DNA of 33,205 nucleotides from a virus (Duplodnaviria > Caudoviricetes): positions 1-33,205 of IMG/VR virus record IMGVR_UViG_3300025771_000096; one strand, given 5' to 3'. The position numbers and the translations under genes are program-made. This document shows positions 17,293 to 26,134 of the stretch, piece by piece. The notes beneath the pieces were generated by a model that saw only the letters and a list, made by a program, of their open reading frames with translations, was not told the DNA's origin and ran no database searches. The number at the start of each line of letters is the position of its first letter. Position 1 is the stretch's first letter.

Positions 17293-18024
17293 CTATGGGT
17301 TCGTCACTTGGACGTGGAACCGGGTATCCCAGTGATGCGGCCCGCTCTCGGCGGCGCCGTTAGTCAGGCGGCCAATGCCCGGCTGCAGGCTGCCGTCACG
17401 AGCGACAGCGTCCGTCCAGACTTTGCTTTGCGCCAAACGGGCAAGGCGGTCGTACCCCAGCATGCCCGCCTCGGCGCCCTTGTCGTACTCCTCGAACGCA
17501 CGCACGACCTCGGTGCAGGCCCAGATGAACACGGGCTCTAGCCACTCAGGGATCGACACGTAGTCCGTAGCGACTCTGACCGGCGTCCAGTCTGCATGAT
17601 AGTGCAGCACGAGGAAGTCGTTCGCGTCGGCACTAGGCGTCGGGTAAAGCTCGATGCGGGCGATAGGAGCGCCGCCACCGGCCTGCGGCGTGTGGGTTAC
17701 GGCGCCCCAGTACTTGAGCGGCGATACGGTGCCGGTGCTGCGGATCTTCTGGAGGTCATCAATCGTGGTGAACTCCCACTGCACCGTCAGGCCGTTGGTC
17801 GGGTACACGGAGACGATGCTCCGCAGCCTGGGCAGAGCCACGAAGCTCTGGCCCGACACTAGGCTCAGGTTAGCGGTCGCCCCCTCACACCACTTCCAAG
17901 GCCGTGCGTTCACCAGCCACTGGCCGGTGTGGTTCACGATGTTGACAGTGGTGTAGGGAGCAGCAGATGACCCTCCAAGCGCAGCTTCGAGGTACGTCTC
18001 AATGGTGCTTACTTGGAGGGCCAT
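17293..18024 (-). CDS. Head-tail adaptor / tail tubular protein A-like
   Basis: 243 aa between the decoration genes and the nozzle. Motifs ARPWKW, LSLVSGQSFVALP, IELYPTPS and IPEWL are typical of podophage adaptor proteins. Confidence 0.7.
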   Translation of the reverse strand: MALQVSTIETYLEAALGGSSAAPYTTVNIVNHTGQWLVNARPWKWCEGATANLSLVSGQSFVALPRLRSIVSVYPTNGLTVQWEFTTIDDLQKIRSTGTVSPLKYWGAVTHTPQAGGGAPIARIELYPTPSADANDFLVLHYHADWTPVRVATDYVSIPEWLEPVFIWACTEVVRAFEEYDKGAEAGMLGYDRLARLAQSKVWTDAVARDGSLQPGIGRLTNGAAESGPHHWDTRFHVQVTNP

Positions 18025-18027
18025 GTG

Positions 18028-18543
18028 TTACCGGCTAGCTTTGGCGCCCATGGATCCGGGCATAGGCTTCGCAACTTTGATGCGCGTTGCGTTAGCGGCA
18101 GTCTGATTGCCTGAACCCAGTACCGCCGGGCCATCTTCCATTGCGATGGCGTATACATTTTGGCCGTCAGGCGCGACGCCCATCATCCCATTGCGCTTGA
18201 TCGTCAGGTAGTCGCCTGCCGAAACCTGAGTCTCACCAAACGAGTTGTCGATGGCGACATCGACATACCCGGTAATGCGCGCGCGCACGGTGGTGTCGGC
18301 CTCGCCGGTTTGCAGGGCAATCGCAAGGATGCCGCCGCGCAGGTTGTCTTGAAAGGTGCCTGCGCTGTTGATGCCGCCGGTCACGAGGTACTTGTAGACG
18401 ATGCCCCCATCAGGCGACTCTTCAAGAGTCGTAGGGACCACGGCCCCAAGCACCACATTGGTTTCGTTGACGGCGGAGTACAGCGAAACTTCCGCGTCAT
18501 AGACGGGAACAACGCTCTGTGAGTCGAACTGACGGAAGACCAT
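18028..18543 (-). CDS. Capsid decoration/cement-like protein (paralog 2)
   Basis: 171 aa. ILAIALQ..TVRARITGYVDV..AGDYL..VYAIAMEDG resembles the upstream paralog and small beta-rich capsid cement proteins. Confidence 0.55.
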   Translation of the reverse strand: MVFRQFDSQSVVPVYDAEVSLYSAVNETNVVLGAVVPTTLEESPDGGIVYKYLVTGGINSAGTFQDNLRGGILAIALQTGEADTTVRARITGYVDVAIDNSFGETQVSAGDYLTIKRNGMMGVAPDGQNVYAIAMEDGPAVLGSGNQTAANATRIKVAKPMPGSMGAKASR

Positions 18544-18569
18544 GTTTGTATCTGTACAGGGGTAAGGCA

Positions 18570-18593
18570 GCCCCCCGGCCTAAGCCGAGGGGC
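18570..18593 (-). terminator. Intergenic stem-loop after capsid and first decoration gene (partial terminator or mRNA-stabilising hairpin)
   Basis: On the minus strand, GCCCCTCGGC-TTAG-GCCGGGGGGC pairs fully with one U-G; the + strand has a C-A mismatch. No U-tract follows. Confidence 0.5.
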
Positions 18594-18604
18594 CACCGTT
18601 AGGA

Positions 18605-19081
18605 TCAGGCGTGCCTGGTTCCGAAGCCGTTGAGGCCGTCGAACAGCACCTGCTTGAGTTGGCCGGAAACACCGTCCTCCATCATGAAGCCAACGATCTT
18701 GTTGCCCAACGCAGGAGCCTGGAGATCCTTAGTGGTTTCTTTGACGGCGACTGCCGCACCTTTGCCAGGAGTTCCAAAGATCTTGGCATCAACGACGCCC
18801 TGAACACGGAACTTGGCATAGACCGTGGTAATGGCATCAACATAAGTCGCAGCCTCAAGCGCCACGGCGAAAACGCCGAACTCGTTGTCGTCAGTGGACG
18901 TATTGGCGGTTGCGGGGGCCTTCGTCGTCGTAAAGCGGTTGCCCTCAGTTGCGCCAGGAGCAATCGCCACGACATCACCAGCGGCAACCGTAGCTGAGAT
19001 CTTAAGGACGACATCGCAAGGTGCCACCTCAAGGCCAATCGGGAACCCAGCGTAAGTGCTGGGAGAGTTGACAATACCCAT
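18605..19081 (-). CDS. Capsid decoration/cement-like protein (paralog 1)
   Basis: 158 aa directly after the major capsid gene with a strong SD (AGGAGG). Motifs AAGDVV, FAVALEAA, VQGVVDA, IVGFMMEDG. Confidence 0.6.
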   Translation of the reverse strand: MGIVNSPSTYAGFPIGLEVAPCDVVLKISATVAAGDVVAIAPGATEGNRFTTTKAPATANTSTDDNEFGVFAVALEAATYVDAITTVYAKFRVQGVVDAKIFGTPGKGAAVAVKETTKDLQAPALGNKIVGFMMEDGVSGQLKQVLFDGLNGFGTRHA

Positions 19082-19101
19082 ATCAGAACCTCCTAGTCAG
19101 A

Positions 19102-20343
19102 TCAGGCGTCTTGCTGCGGGGAAATAATGCCCAGCTTGCGCCGCTCGGTGCAGACAAGCTGGTGCCAGCAGTCAACCCACATGACGTGGCTGAACGGCTG
19201 GTTCGGGTGAGGCTGAGGCTGCTTCCGCGAGAAGTAACGCTCGTCGTGGAAGACCTTGCAGAGGACATCGGTGTCGATCCAGTAGAAGCGGGGGCCGACA
19301 TCAACGCCGCTGGCAACGTCAACGGTAGCGGTGCCTTCCGAAACAACCCCGGTCGAGCCGTCACCAGTGGCCTTACCCTCACTGTCGTACAGGGCCGCGG
19401 TGTCCAGCTTGCTGGCGTAAATCACCGGGACGCCCGCGTAGAGCGGGTTCAGGTAAGCAGGGTCCTGACGCGAGCCAGCGACCAGTTGGTCGTTGAGCTG
19501 GCGAAGGGCCGTCATGTAAGCCTTGCGGCCAGCCTTAGACGCGGCGATGAAGTTCGGGTTGTTCAGCGCCTCGCTCTGGCCCTCGTACATCGGCAGCGGG
19601 TTGTACTGGACGAGGTGCATCATTTCGTCGAAGGCGGCGAACAGAGCCTGGGCCTCGGCGTCACTGGCGGCGACATCGCCGTAGGCAGCAGTGCTGCCGT
19701 TACCAGCGTTGAGGCCAGTACTCTTGTCGTAGAACACGACTTGGTTGCCCCAGTTCGCGCTCGGGTCAATGCCCTCAAGCGTCGTGGACCAAGTGGTGGT
19801 CGAGGTGTGGGGGTCCTGGCCCGCATCGTTCTCAGTGATGAACGTCGGGATCGAGAACGGCTTGGAACCGGCAGAGCCCTCCATCGACTCATCCGGCACG
19901 GCGAAGAGATGATTCTCCATGTGCTTGATGATGGAGGTCGCAAGGCGCTGCTCCTTCACCGCGTACAGGTCGCGGATCCGGCGGTAACGAGCCTCACGGG
20001 TCATCGAGGTGTTGACCTGAAGGCCGATCTCGTGATCGGTCCAGGCCATGTGGTCGGCAGAGAAGCGCCAGTCCGCAACACCTTCGGTCACGATCTGCGG
20101 GTTGCTGATCGAGAGCGTGGGGTTCGGGCCGCCGTAATCGACCGCAGTGTTGACCTCGTCAAAGAAGGTCTGGAAGCGCATCCGCTCCCCGCCCTTAATG
20201 ATCTTGGCCGTGCCGGAAGCCTTCAGGAACTTGCCCAGAAGAGGGGACCGCTCGGTAGCTTGGTTGATCAGCTTGTCCGGCGAGTCGAAGTAAGTGTCGT
20301 CAGTGGTTGCCGCGAAGTCGGCGAAAACGTCAGTCCATCCCAT
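19102..20343 (-). CDS. Major capsid protein
   Basis: 413 aa after the scaffold gene, with a strong SD (AAGGAG) and highly biased codons. SPLL..GGERM, YAGVPVIY and RFYWIDT..QLVCTERRKLG fit the layout of an HK97-fold capsid protein. Confidence 0.85.
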   Translation of the reverse strand: MGWTDVFADFAATTDDTYFDSPDKLINQATERSPLLGKFLKASGTAKIIKGGERMRFQTFFDEVNTAVDYGGPNPTLSISNPQIVTEGVADWRFSADHMAWTDHEIGLQVNTSMTREARYRRIRDLYAVKEQRLATSIIKHMENHLFAVPDESMEGSAGSKPFSIPTFITENDAGQDPHTSTTTWSTTLEGIDPSANWGNQVVFYDKSTGLNAGNGSTAAYGDVAASDAEAQALFAAFDEMMHLVQYNPLPMYEGQSEALNNPNFIAASKAGRKAYMTALRQLNDQLVAGSRQDPAYLNPLYAGVPVIYASKLDTAALYDSEGKATGDGSTGVVSEGTATVDVASGVDVGPRFYWIDTDVLCKVFHDERYFSRKQPQPHPNQPFSHVMWVDCWHQLVCTERRKLGIISPQQDA

Positions 20344-20368
20344 TGGAGAACTCCTTGGTTAGTGGCCG

Positions 20369-21316
20369 TCAGCTAAGCCCGTGCTCTTGTTCCAGTCGCT
20401 TGAACATCTCGAATCCGCTGTCGAAGTCGGAGTCGGGCTGCACAGCGACCTTGCGCGCAGCAGTACGGGTCTGGCTGGCCGACCGTTTACGTGAAACAGA
20501 AGACCGCTTCTCCTTTGCAGCGTCACGAGGACTGCCAAACTCAAGGCGGGCGGCGTCGCGGAGTAGGTCATCCATCGACTGGTACTCGCCCCAGTTCAGG
20601 GAACGAGCCTTGGCCTTGACAGCCTCTTGCTGCTCAGGATCAGCAAGCTGCGGATACGCATCCGACAGCTGGCGAAAGCTCTCCTTGATCAGGAGGCCCT
20701 CAACAGCGTTAGACAGCATTTGGTTCTGCTGGCTGACACGCTGAAACATCGTCCGCATAGGGGCGATGACCGCCTCCGCATCATCGTCTCCGAAGGTGTC
20801 CTTGAGGGGTGCGGTCAGAGCGTCCCAGTCGATGTCTGCGGTCGCGTCTGCTTGCGCAGGCGCGGGGGTGTCCGCAGCTTCGACCGTGTCGTCGCCGTCC
20901 TCTTCAGATTCCGAAGCCGTCTTTGCAGATAGCTTGTTGTCCACATCTGCCTGGATCTTCGCCAGCTGAGCACCCCACGCAATGAGGTCCTCGTCTGACA
21001 GCCCATCCATTACAGACTGTGGAGTTTTGGCGCGGCGAAGGGCTCTAACAGCCGCCTCGCGCTCTTCAGACCGCGCAACAACAGGCTCGTTTGACGGAGA
21101 ATCCGCCTCGTCGTCCTGTTCCCCAGCGTCGCTCGCACTCTCTCCTCTCGCGAGAGCGTCTGCAGAGTCCTTCGCCGCATATTCGTCGTCGTCGTTCAGC
21201 CCAAGGCCTCTCTGGGCCTCTAGGGCTGCAAACGCAGCGAGCCCAGCGTCTTGGCTGGCCTCGGCAGGGGCGTCGGCTTGGGGCTCAACGCTGGTTGTCT
21301 CTAGTTCGTCGGTCAT
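20369..21316 (-). CDS. Capsid scaffolding protein
   Basis: Very acidic, low-complexity N-terminus with helical middle and basic patch, located immediately upstream of the capsid gene. Start set to ATG 21316 (MTDELETT), overlapping the upstream TAA. Confidence 0.7.
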   Translation of the reverse strand: MTDELETTSVEPQADAPAEASQDAGLAAFAALEAQRGLGLNDDDEYAAKDSADALARGESASDAGEQDDEADSPSNEPVVARSEEREAAVRALRRAKTPQSVMDGLSDEDLIAWGAQLAKIQADVDNKLSAKTASESEEDGDDTVEAADTPAPAQADATADIDWDALTAPLKDTFGDDDAEAVIAPMRTMFQRVSQQNQMLSNAVEGLLIKESFRQLSDAYPQLADPEQQEAVKAKARSLNWGEYQSMDDLLRDAARLEFGSPRDAAKEKRSSVSRKRSASQTRTAARKVAVQPDSDFDSGFEMFKRLEQEHGLS

Positions 21317-21567
21317 TACCACTTCTTGCACGACCAGTACCGTGCAGTCATCTTGCTGGGGGGTCTGGAGTCACACCCGTGCCGCGCTCGAAAGTTCTTG
21401 CGGCGGCCGGGCTGGTCCTTTTTGATCGTCATGTTGGGGTCACCGAAGCGGATGAGCTTGACTTGGTCGCCCTGCTTTGCGAGCACAGCGAACTTCTTGC
21501 TCTTGCCAGGGGTTCGCTTCGGCTTGTTGTAGCCGCTGAACCTTTCGCCTCGGTAGTTGATCGCCAT
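21316..21567 (-). CDS. Small highly basic conserved phage protein (RFGDPNM...RRKNFRARHGC...ARYWSCKKW)
   Basis: 83 aa, K/R-rich. The motif is recognisable as a family common in aquatic phage head modules; function unknown. Coupled start/stop codons on both sides. Confidence 0.75.
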   Translation of the reverse strand: MAINYRGERFSGYNKPKRTPGKSKKFAVLAKQGDQVKLIRFGDPNMTIKKDQPGRRKNFRARHGCDSRPPSKMTARYWSCKKW

Positions 21568-21878
21568 TAGCTGTCCAAACCCCAGTCTGTGGAGGCGCTG
21601 TCGCGCCCGTTGTTGCGCGCGATGAACTCCCTGGCCTCGTTGCGGTTGTTGAAGGCTGCCCAGCCCTCCTTGGTGTGGTGCTTGACGTCCGGGTGGAAGC
21701 GATGCACTTGCCGGGACACAAACCCGTTGTCTACTCGCGACGCGACCGACGAAAGGACTCGACGCAGCTTGCGCCCATCGTGGTTACGAATCGCGCCGAT
21801 GTCGTCGCACTCGTCTACGTGCAGGTAGATCTCGACGATCTCGTCGTTGGCTTCGTCAATGTACTCGTACAGGGGCAT
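21567..21878 (-). CDS. Hypothetical protein with FmdB-type MPLYEY start (zinc-ribbon cysteines absent)
   Basis: MPLYEY...RKLRRVLS. This gene type commonly follows the portal gene. Coupled to its neighbours. Confidence 0.65.
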   Translation of the reverse strand: MPLYEYIDEANDEIVEIYLHVDECDDIGAIRNHDGRKLRRVLSSVASRVDNGFVSRQVHRFHPDVKHHTKEGWAAFNNRNEAREFIARNNGRDSASTDWGLDS

Positions 21879-23698
21879 CAGACACCGTTCGCCATCATGT
21901 TGCCGGGGTTGTTAGCGCTCGCCGCCATGCGGCCAGCCAGAGGGTTAGCAGCGCCCGCGCTCATGGGGGAGGGCGACGAGCCCATAGCCGACTGCTGCAT
22001 TTGCATCTGCATGGCCTGCTGCTGCGCCTGCACCAAAGCCTGCTCGGTGATGAGCGTGCCCATGTCTTGCAGGTTCAACGACTCGGCGGCCTTCTGCAGC
22101 ATCTTGTCGATGACGGGCGCCAGCGGCGGGGCCTGAAGGCCAACGCCTGCCATCTGCACGTACATCTGCATGAACTCAAGGACGCGACGCTGATACAGGC
22201 CCTCGTTAGCCCGGTTCATGCTGTACGCGTCGATCTCAAACTCATAGGCGTCGAACGGCGTGGCGTCTTCCGGCGGTCGATACCACACGGTCCCCGGCTC
22301 CATACCGAGGCTGCGCGCCACATCTGCGGTCACCGGATACCGGCTGCGCTGGTCCTCGCGCATGTACCACGCCACGCGCCGCAGGATCTCGCGCACACCG
22401 CGATAGAACTGTTTGCGCACGAACTCCACGCGGATGTTTGCCGCGCTGTCTGCGATGCTGACCTCAGTAGCAGTGCCGCCGCCGCCAACCTGTCCGCGCT
22501 GCACATCAGTGATGCCCGACACGCGCTCTAGACGCTGGCGCTCGGCGTTCATGTACAGCATCAACTCGCTGTGCGGCCCGCCAACCTCAACCGGGACAAC
22601 GGCCTCGCGGATCGACAGGTTGCCGGTCTGCAGCGTGAAGACGCCCTGGTCCTCGAAGTTCTTGATCGCGTCAGCGACCTCCGGTTCCGAGGCGTTGATG
22701 GCTACGCCCTTCTTGGCCTTGCGAGCGCCATCGAGGAACGCGTTGGTGAAGTCGTTGAGACTTTGGACCTGATCTTCGACGGCAGCCAGAGGGGACAGCC
22801 AGTACGTCTCGTTCGGCACCGGGTACACGCCCCACACGACGTAGGGGCCCTCTTTGGGCCCGAACCACGGCTGCGGGTCACGCAGGAAGATGCCGTCGGT
22901 GGTGCCGTCTTTGTGAGACTGAGAGCCCAGCGTGTACAGCGTGCCGTTGAACCCGTCGCGCTCGCCAACCTCGTCATCGACGACCTGCTCAGGAATCCAC
23001 ACTTCGTAGATGCGAAGCTCGTCGCGATCCACCGTCTCTAGGTGGTCATCGTCCTGATGCGCAGAAGCCGCCGCACGGATCGCCTCTTCACGCCAGCCGA
23101 GATCCGGGTTGCGGGACGCCTCCTCAAGAAGGTCGTCGCGATCACGCGTGTAGCAGTGGCCCATGTAGCGCACCGCGTCACGGCGGGTCGCCAGCGGGTC
23201 CCAGAACACGTCGGTAGGGTCGATGGTAATGACGCGCGGGCGCATCACCACTTCGTCCTCCAGAAGCCCGTCGCGCGCCATCTCGGGCACCGGGCCGGGA
23301 TACGGCTCTTGGTAGACGTAGGCCACGCCCCAGGCGTAGAAGCCGTCGGTCGCGTAGTCCGTCAGGAGGCGGTCGAACTGGGTGTCTTTGACCCAGCGGT
23401 TGAGGCTGTGGGCCAGGGCCTCGGTGTCCGGGATCTCACCCATAGACGCCATGGCCGCCTCGTCGCGAGAAGTCACCCGCACCTTCGGGTTGTCCAGCAC
23501 CAGTCGCGGCAGCATCAGGCTGACGTACTCGTGGTAATGGTTCTCCAGGCACGCGCCGTGGCTGAGGTTGCTCGGGTTTTTGTATGCGCGGCCATGACTG
23601 CGCTGCACCATCTTGCGGAAATGGCGCATGTGCAGGTCGCGGTCCTCTTCGGCCGCTTTGACCTCGCTATACAGGCTGTTCTCGTCGTCCTTCAGCAT
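21878..23698 (-). CDS. Portal protein
   Basis: 606 aa immediately after terL. Contains DPTDVFWDPLA, RVSGITDVQRG..GTATEV and a Q/M-rich C-terminal tail, as in P22-like portals. Confidence 0.85.
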   Translation of the reverse strand: MLKDDENSLYSEVKAAEEDRDLHMRHFRKMVQRSHGRAYKNPSNLSHGACLENHYHEYVSLMLPRLVLDNPKVRVTSRDEAAMASMGEIPDTEALAHSLNRWVKDTQFDRLLTDYATDGFYAWGVAYVYQEPYPGPVPEMARDGLLEDEVVMRPRVITIDPTDVFWDPLATRRDAVRYMGHCYTRDRDDLLEEASRNPDLGWREEAIRAAASAHQDDDHLETVDRDELRIYEVWIPEQVVDDEVGERDGFNGTLYTLGSQSHKDGTTDGIFLRDPQPWFGPKEGPYVVWGVYPVPNETYWLSPLAAVEDQVQSLNDFTNAFLDGARKAKKGVAINASEPEVADAIKNFEDQGVFTLQTGNLSIREAVVPVEVGGPHSELMLYMNAERQRLERVSGITDVQRGQVGGGGTATEVSIADSAANIRVEFVRKQFYRGVREILRRVAWYMREDQRSRYPVTADVARSLGMEPGTVWYRPPEDATPFDAYEFEIDAYSMNRANEGLYQRRVLEFMQMYVQMAGVGLQAPPLAPVIDKMLQKAAESLNLQDMGTLITEQALVQAQQQAMQMQMQQSAMGSSPSPMSAGAANPLAGRMAASANNPGNMMANGV

Positions 23699-23699
23699 G

Positions 23700-25214
23700 T
23701 CACTGCTCCCGGAGCCTTATAAGCCGCAGGTACTCAGGGTCGCGCGTCAGAACGTGCTCTGGGCGCCTGGGCTCGTAGATCTCCATATTAGGGGGTTTGA
23801 CGTGCTTCTCAAATACTGCCCATAGCAGGTAAAGCATGGCGTCAATCCCGTGGTCGTTGACCTTGATGGGGATGTCCGCCGCCGGGCCCTCGCCCCCCAC
23901 GGCCTCGTACATTTTGGACGTCCGAACCGGGGCCCACTGGTAGCCCGGAATCTCCTCGACCGTCCGGGTGGGCTTTTTCCGCAGGTTCACGTCAGCGTCG
24001 TGCTTCCGGGAGTCCTCTAGGAACCGGATTTTGCCGCTGTGCATCAGGTGGTACGCGTGCATGACCATGGCGAACTTGCGCTTACCGGCCTTGCTGCTGT
24101 GCTTGTCCGCGAAGGTCAGCAGGGGGCGCCCGTCTCGGGCCCGCAGGCGGCGGTTAGCCATGGCTATGCCAGCGGCGTTCTCCGGGTCGCTGACGACCCT
24201 CCAGAAGCCGTAGTACTCGTGGAGCCTCTCGATCTCGTCCGTCCACCACGCGTCGTCTCGCTCGGTCTGGTAGACCTCCTCGACCAGATAGGCGGTCCCG
24301 TCAGACGAGAAGCCCCAGACGCTAACCACCCCTGGGCTCTTGAAGCCCCAGTCCTGGCCTGCCGCCATCCACTCCAGGCGGATTGGCTCCTGTTCAGGCT
24401 CAAAAACGTAGAAGTAACCGTCGTTTCCACGGCTGACCTCGGCGTGGACGACGTGCTGGTTGGGGTCGAAGCAGTCGAAAACCTGCCCCTCAGCGGCTGC
24501 CCAGCGGCCCTCATAGAGCCTCTGGAAGCGCACCCCGCTCATTCCGTACAGCAGGTTGTCCCGGAACTCGGCCCCAGCAGGGGTCCACTCCTCAGCATCG
24601 GCGTCGTAGTACGCCGGATTGTCCCGGAAAGTGGCCCTGCGCCTCACGAAGCCCGGAGGGGGGTCCTCGATGAACTTCTGGTAGAGCCAGTGGTAGGGCG
24701 AATCCGGGTTGGTTTCGACCACCATGACGTGGAATGGGGCCCCTTTGGGCCAGCGCAGGGAGCGGAAAAAGCGCTCGAAGCTGTCCTCGCTGGCCTCTGA
24801 GCCCTCCACCATCAGCACACCGTTCCATTCCGTGGAATAGAGCTTCTGGGGCTCGTCCAGGCCGCTCAAAACGATGGTGGAGCCCCCAATCGTGTACTCC
24901 TGACGGTGCTGTTTGCTGCCTCGCCCTGGGCTGAGCCCGTATGCAGGCAGAACTTGCTCCTCAAAAGAGGTCTGCCAGGAGTTCCTGAGGCTCTTGAGCG
25001 TCTGGCGGCACACAAGAAAGCGGGACCCAGGGTAGTCCAGGCACCACCGCACCAATGTGGCCCCCGTTCCAATCGACTTCCCGGTGCCCGCAGAACTGTC
25101 GATCATGATCGCGCGCACCCGATGGCCGTCCTCCTTGCGGTGGGGTAGCCAACGTAGCTCCTGCATCGGCCCCCGTAGCTCTAGGGGGATGCTCTTGACG
25201 TCTAGGAGGTCCAA
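23700..25214 (-). CDS. terL: Terminase large subunit
   Basis: Walker A SSAGTGKS, Walker B VLMVEGSE, coupling motif VETNP, nuclease AGQDWGF and C-terminal NDHGIDAMLY. Confidence 0.93.
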   Translation of the reverse strand: MDLLDVKSIPLELRGPMQELRWLPHRKEDGHRVRAIMIDSSAGTGKSIGTGATLVRWCLDYPGSRFLVCRQTLKSLRNSWQTSFEEQVLPAYGLSPGRGSKQHRQEYTIGGSTIVLSGLDEPQKLYSTEWNGVLMVEGSEASEDSFERFFRSLRWPKGAPFHVMVVETNPDSPYHWLYQKFIEDPPPGFVRRRATFRDNPAYYDADAEEWTPAGAEFRDNLLYGMSGVRFQRLYEGRWAAAEGQVFDCFDPNQHVVHAEVSRGNDGYFYVFEPEQEPIRLEWMAAGQDWGFKSPGVVSVWGFSSDGTAYLVEEVYQTERDDAWWTDEIERLHEYYGFWRVVSDPENAAGIAMANRRLRARDGRPLLTFADKHSSKAGKRKFAMVMHAYHLMHSGKIRFLEDSRKHDADVNLRKKPTRTVEEIPGYQWAPVRTSKMYEAVGGEGPAADIPIKVNDHGIDAMLYLLWAVFEKHVKPPNMEIYEPRRPEHVLTRDPEYLRLIRLREQ

Positions 25215-25426
25215 TCCGCGCGCTCCCAGCGCAGGATCTGCCTAGTGGGCTCTATCTGGTCCAGGGCGTCTTGCAATGCGTCGTGGCGCGCCAGCAGGGC
25301 TACGCAGTTGGGGTCTAACGGGTCGCCTGTTTCGTCGAGCGCGTCGTAGTACTCCAAAAGAGCGTCCTCCGCTAGCTCGCGGATACGCCTCCGGGCCGCT
25401 TCAACGTCAATCTTCCTGTTGACCAC
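25202..25426 (-). CDS. Small hypothetical helical protein between terS and terL
   Basis: GTG 25426 (MVNRKIDVEAARRRIRELAEDALLEYYD...) fills the terS-terL gap and overlaps both genes. Start is uncertain. Confidence 0.55.
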   Translation of the reverse strand: MVNRKIDVEAARRRIRELAEDALLEYYDALDETGDPLDPNCVALLARHDALQDALDQIEPTRQILRWERADWTS

Positions 25427-25856
25427 TAGGCAAAGGCTCCTGCAGACGATCCGCCACGTCGTCCAGACCAGCCTGCCGCAGCGCGGCAACGCAGGCCATT
25501 AGCACGTCCGCAGGGTTACGCGTCGCCTGCGCCGTCGCAAGCTGCTGCTCCTTGTCGAACGCGTCCGGGTTGTCCCCGTCGTGCCACTGCATTAGCTGCA
25601 GGGCCATCTTGCTGTCTATCTGACCGTCCCGAATGAGCGTTCTGAGGATCTCCTCCATCAGATTAGGATCGCCCATAAAGATCCGGCGCAGGTAGGTACG
25701 GAAGGACACGTGACCAGGGGGTCTTCCGCGTGGGTTCCCGCTATAGCCCGGAGCGAAGCGGCCGGATGACTCCCGCCCGTGGGGGTGGGGGTGGCGGTTG
25801 CCGTCGGCGTCGGTCACCCAGCGGTCATCCATGATAGCCGCCGCCCCGTTCGGCAC
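25407..25856 (-). CDS. terS: Terminase small subunit (DUF5681-type N-terminus)
   Basis: GRFAPGYSGNPRGRPPG motif and position upstream of terL. Start may be ATG 25832. Confidence 0.7.
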   Translation of the reverse strand: MPNGAAAIMDDRWVTDADGNRHPHPHGRESSGRFAPGYSGNPRGRPPGHVSFRTYLRRIFMGDPNLMEEILRTLIRDGQIDSKMALQLMQWHDGDNPDAFDKEQQLATAQATRNPADVLMACVAALRQAGLDDVADRLQEPLPSGQQED

Positions 25857-26085
25857 CTGTTAGCGTGTCGCATAATGTCCCTTCTGTTGCGCTGCAACGC
25901 GGGGGCTCTCCCCGGCCCTCTCGCGGACGGTAGCGGCCGGACGGCCACGAGTCCAGGCTCGACCCTTCCCGGCCCCCAGGCGCGCGCTCAGCCGCTCTCC
26001 GCCGATCCTGCGCCTGCGTGCAGCCCACCTGATAAGCAGGCTCTATTGCTTGTGCTGTCTGGCGCCCCAATTGTGTCCAACATAT

Positions 26086-26128
26086 TTCCTGAAATTCCCG
26101 GTTCGCTCCCGTTCGGATCGCCGCTCGG
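26086..26128 (+). promoter_or_regulatory. Putative early promoter, copy 1
   Basis: TTCC-TGAAATTCCCGG-TTCGCTC-N13-CGCTCGG, same spacing as the copies at 27244, 28541 and 29720. Predicted +1 near 26135. Confidence 0.5.
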
Positions 26129-26134
26129 TGTTGT

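Noticed and set aside
19083-19382. Alternate-frame ORF overlapping the capsid 3' end (possible T7 10B-like frameshift)
   Set aside because: It stops at 19083, would add only about 6 residues, does not join the next gene, and no convincing slippery site with a downstream structure was seen.
19111-20376. 421-aa plus-strand ORF antisense to the capsid gene
   Set aside because: Mirror-frame ORF expected from strong GC3 bias; no motifs and no translation signals.
549-25856. Stop-codon reassignment or diversity-generating retroelement
   Set aside because: Genes are long and tile tightly under the standard code with TAA, TAG and TGA all used as stops. No reverse transcriptase or TR/VR pair was seen.
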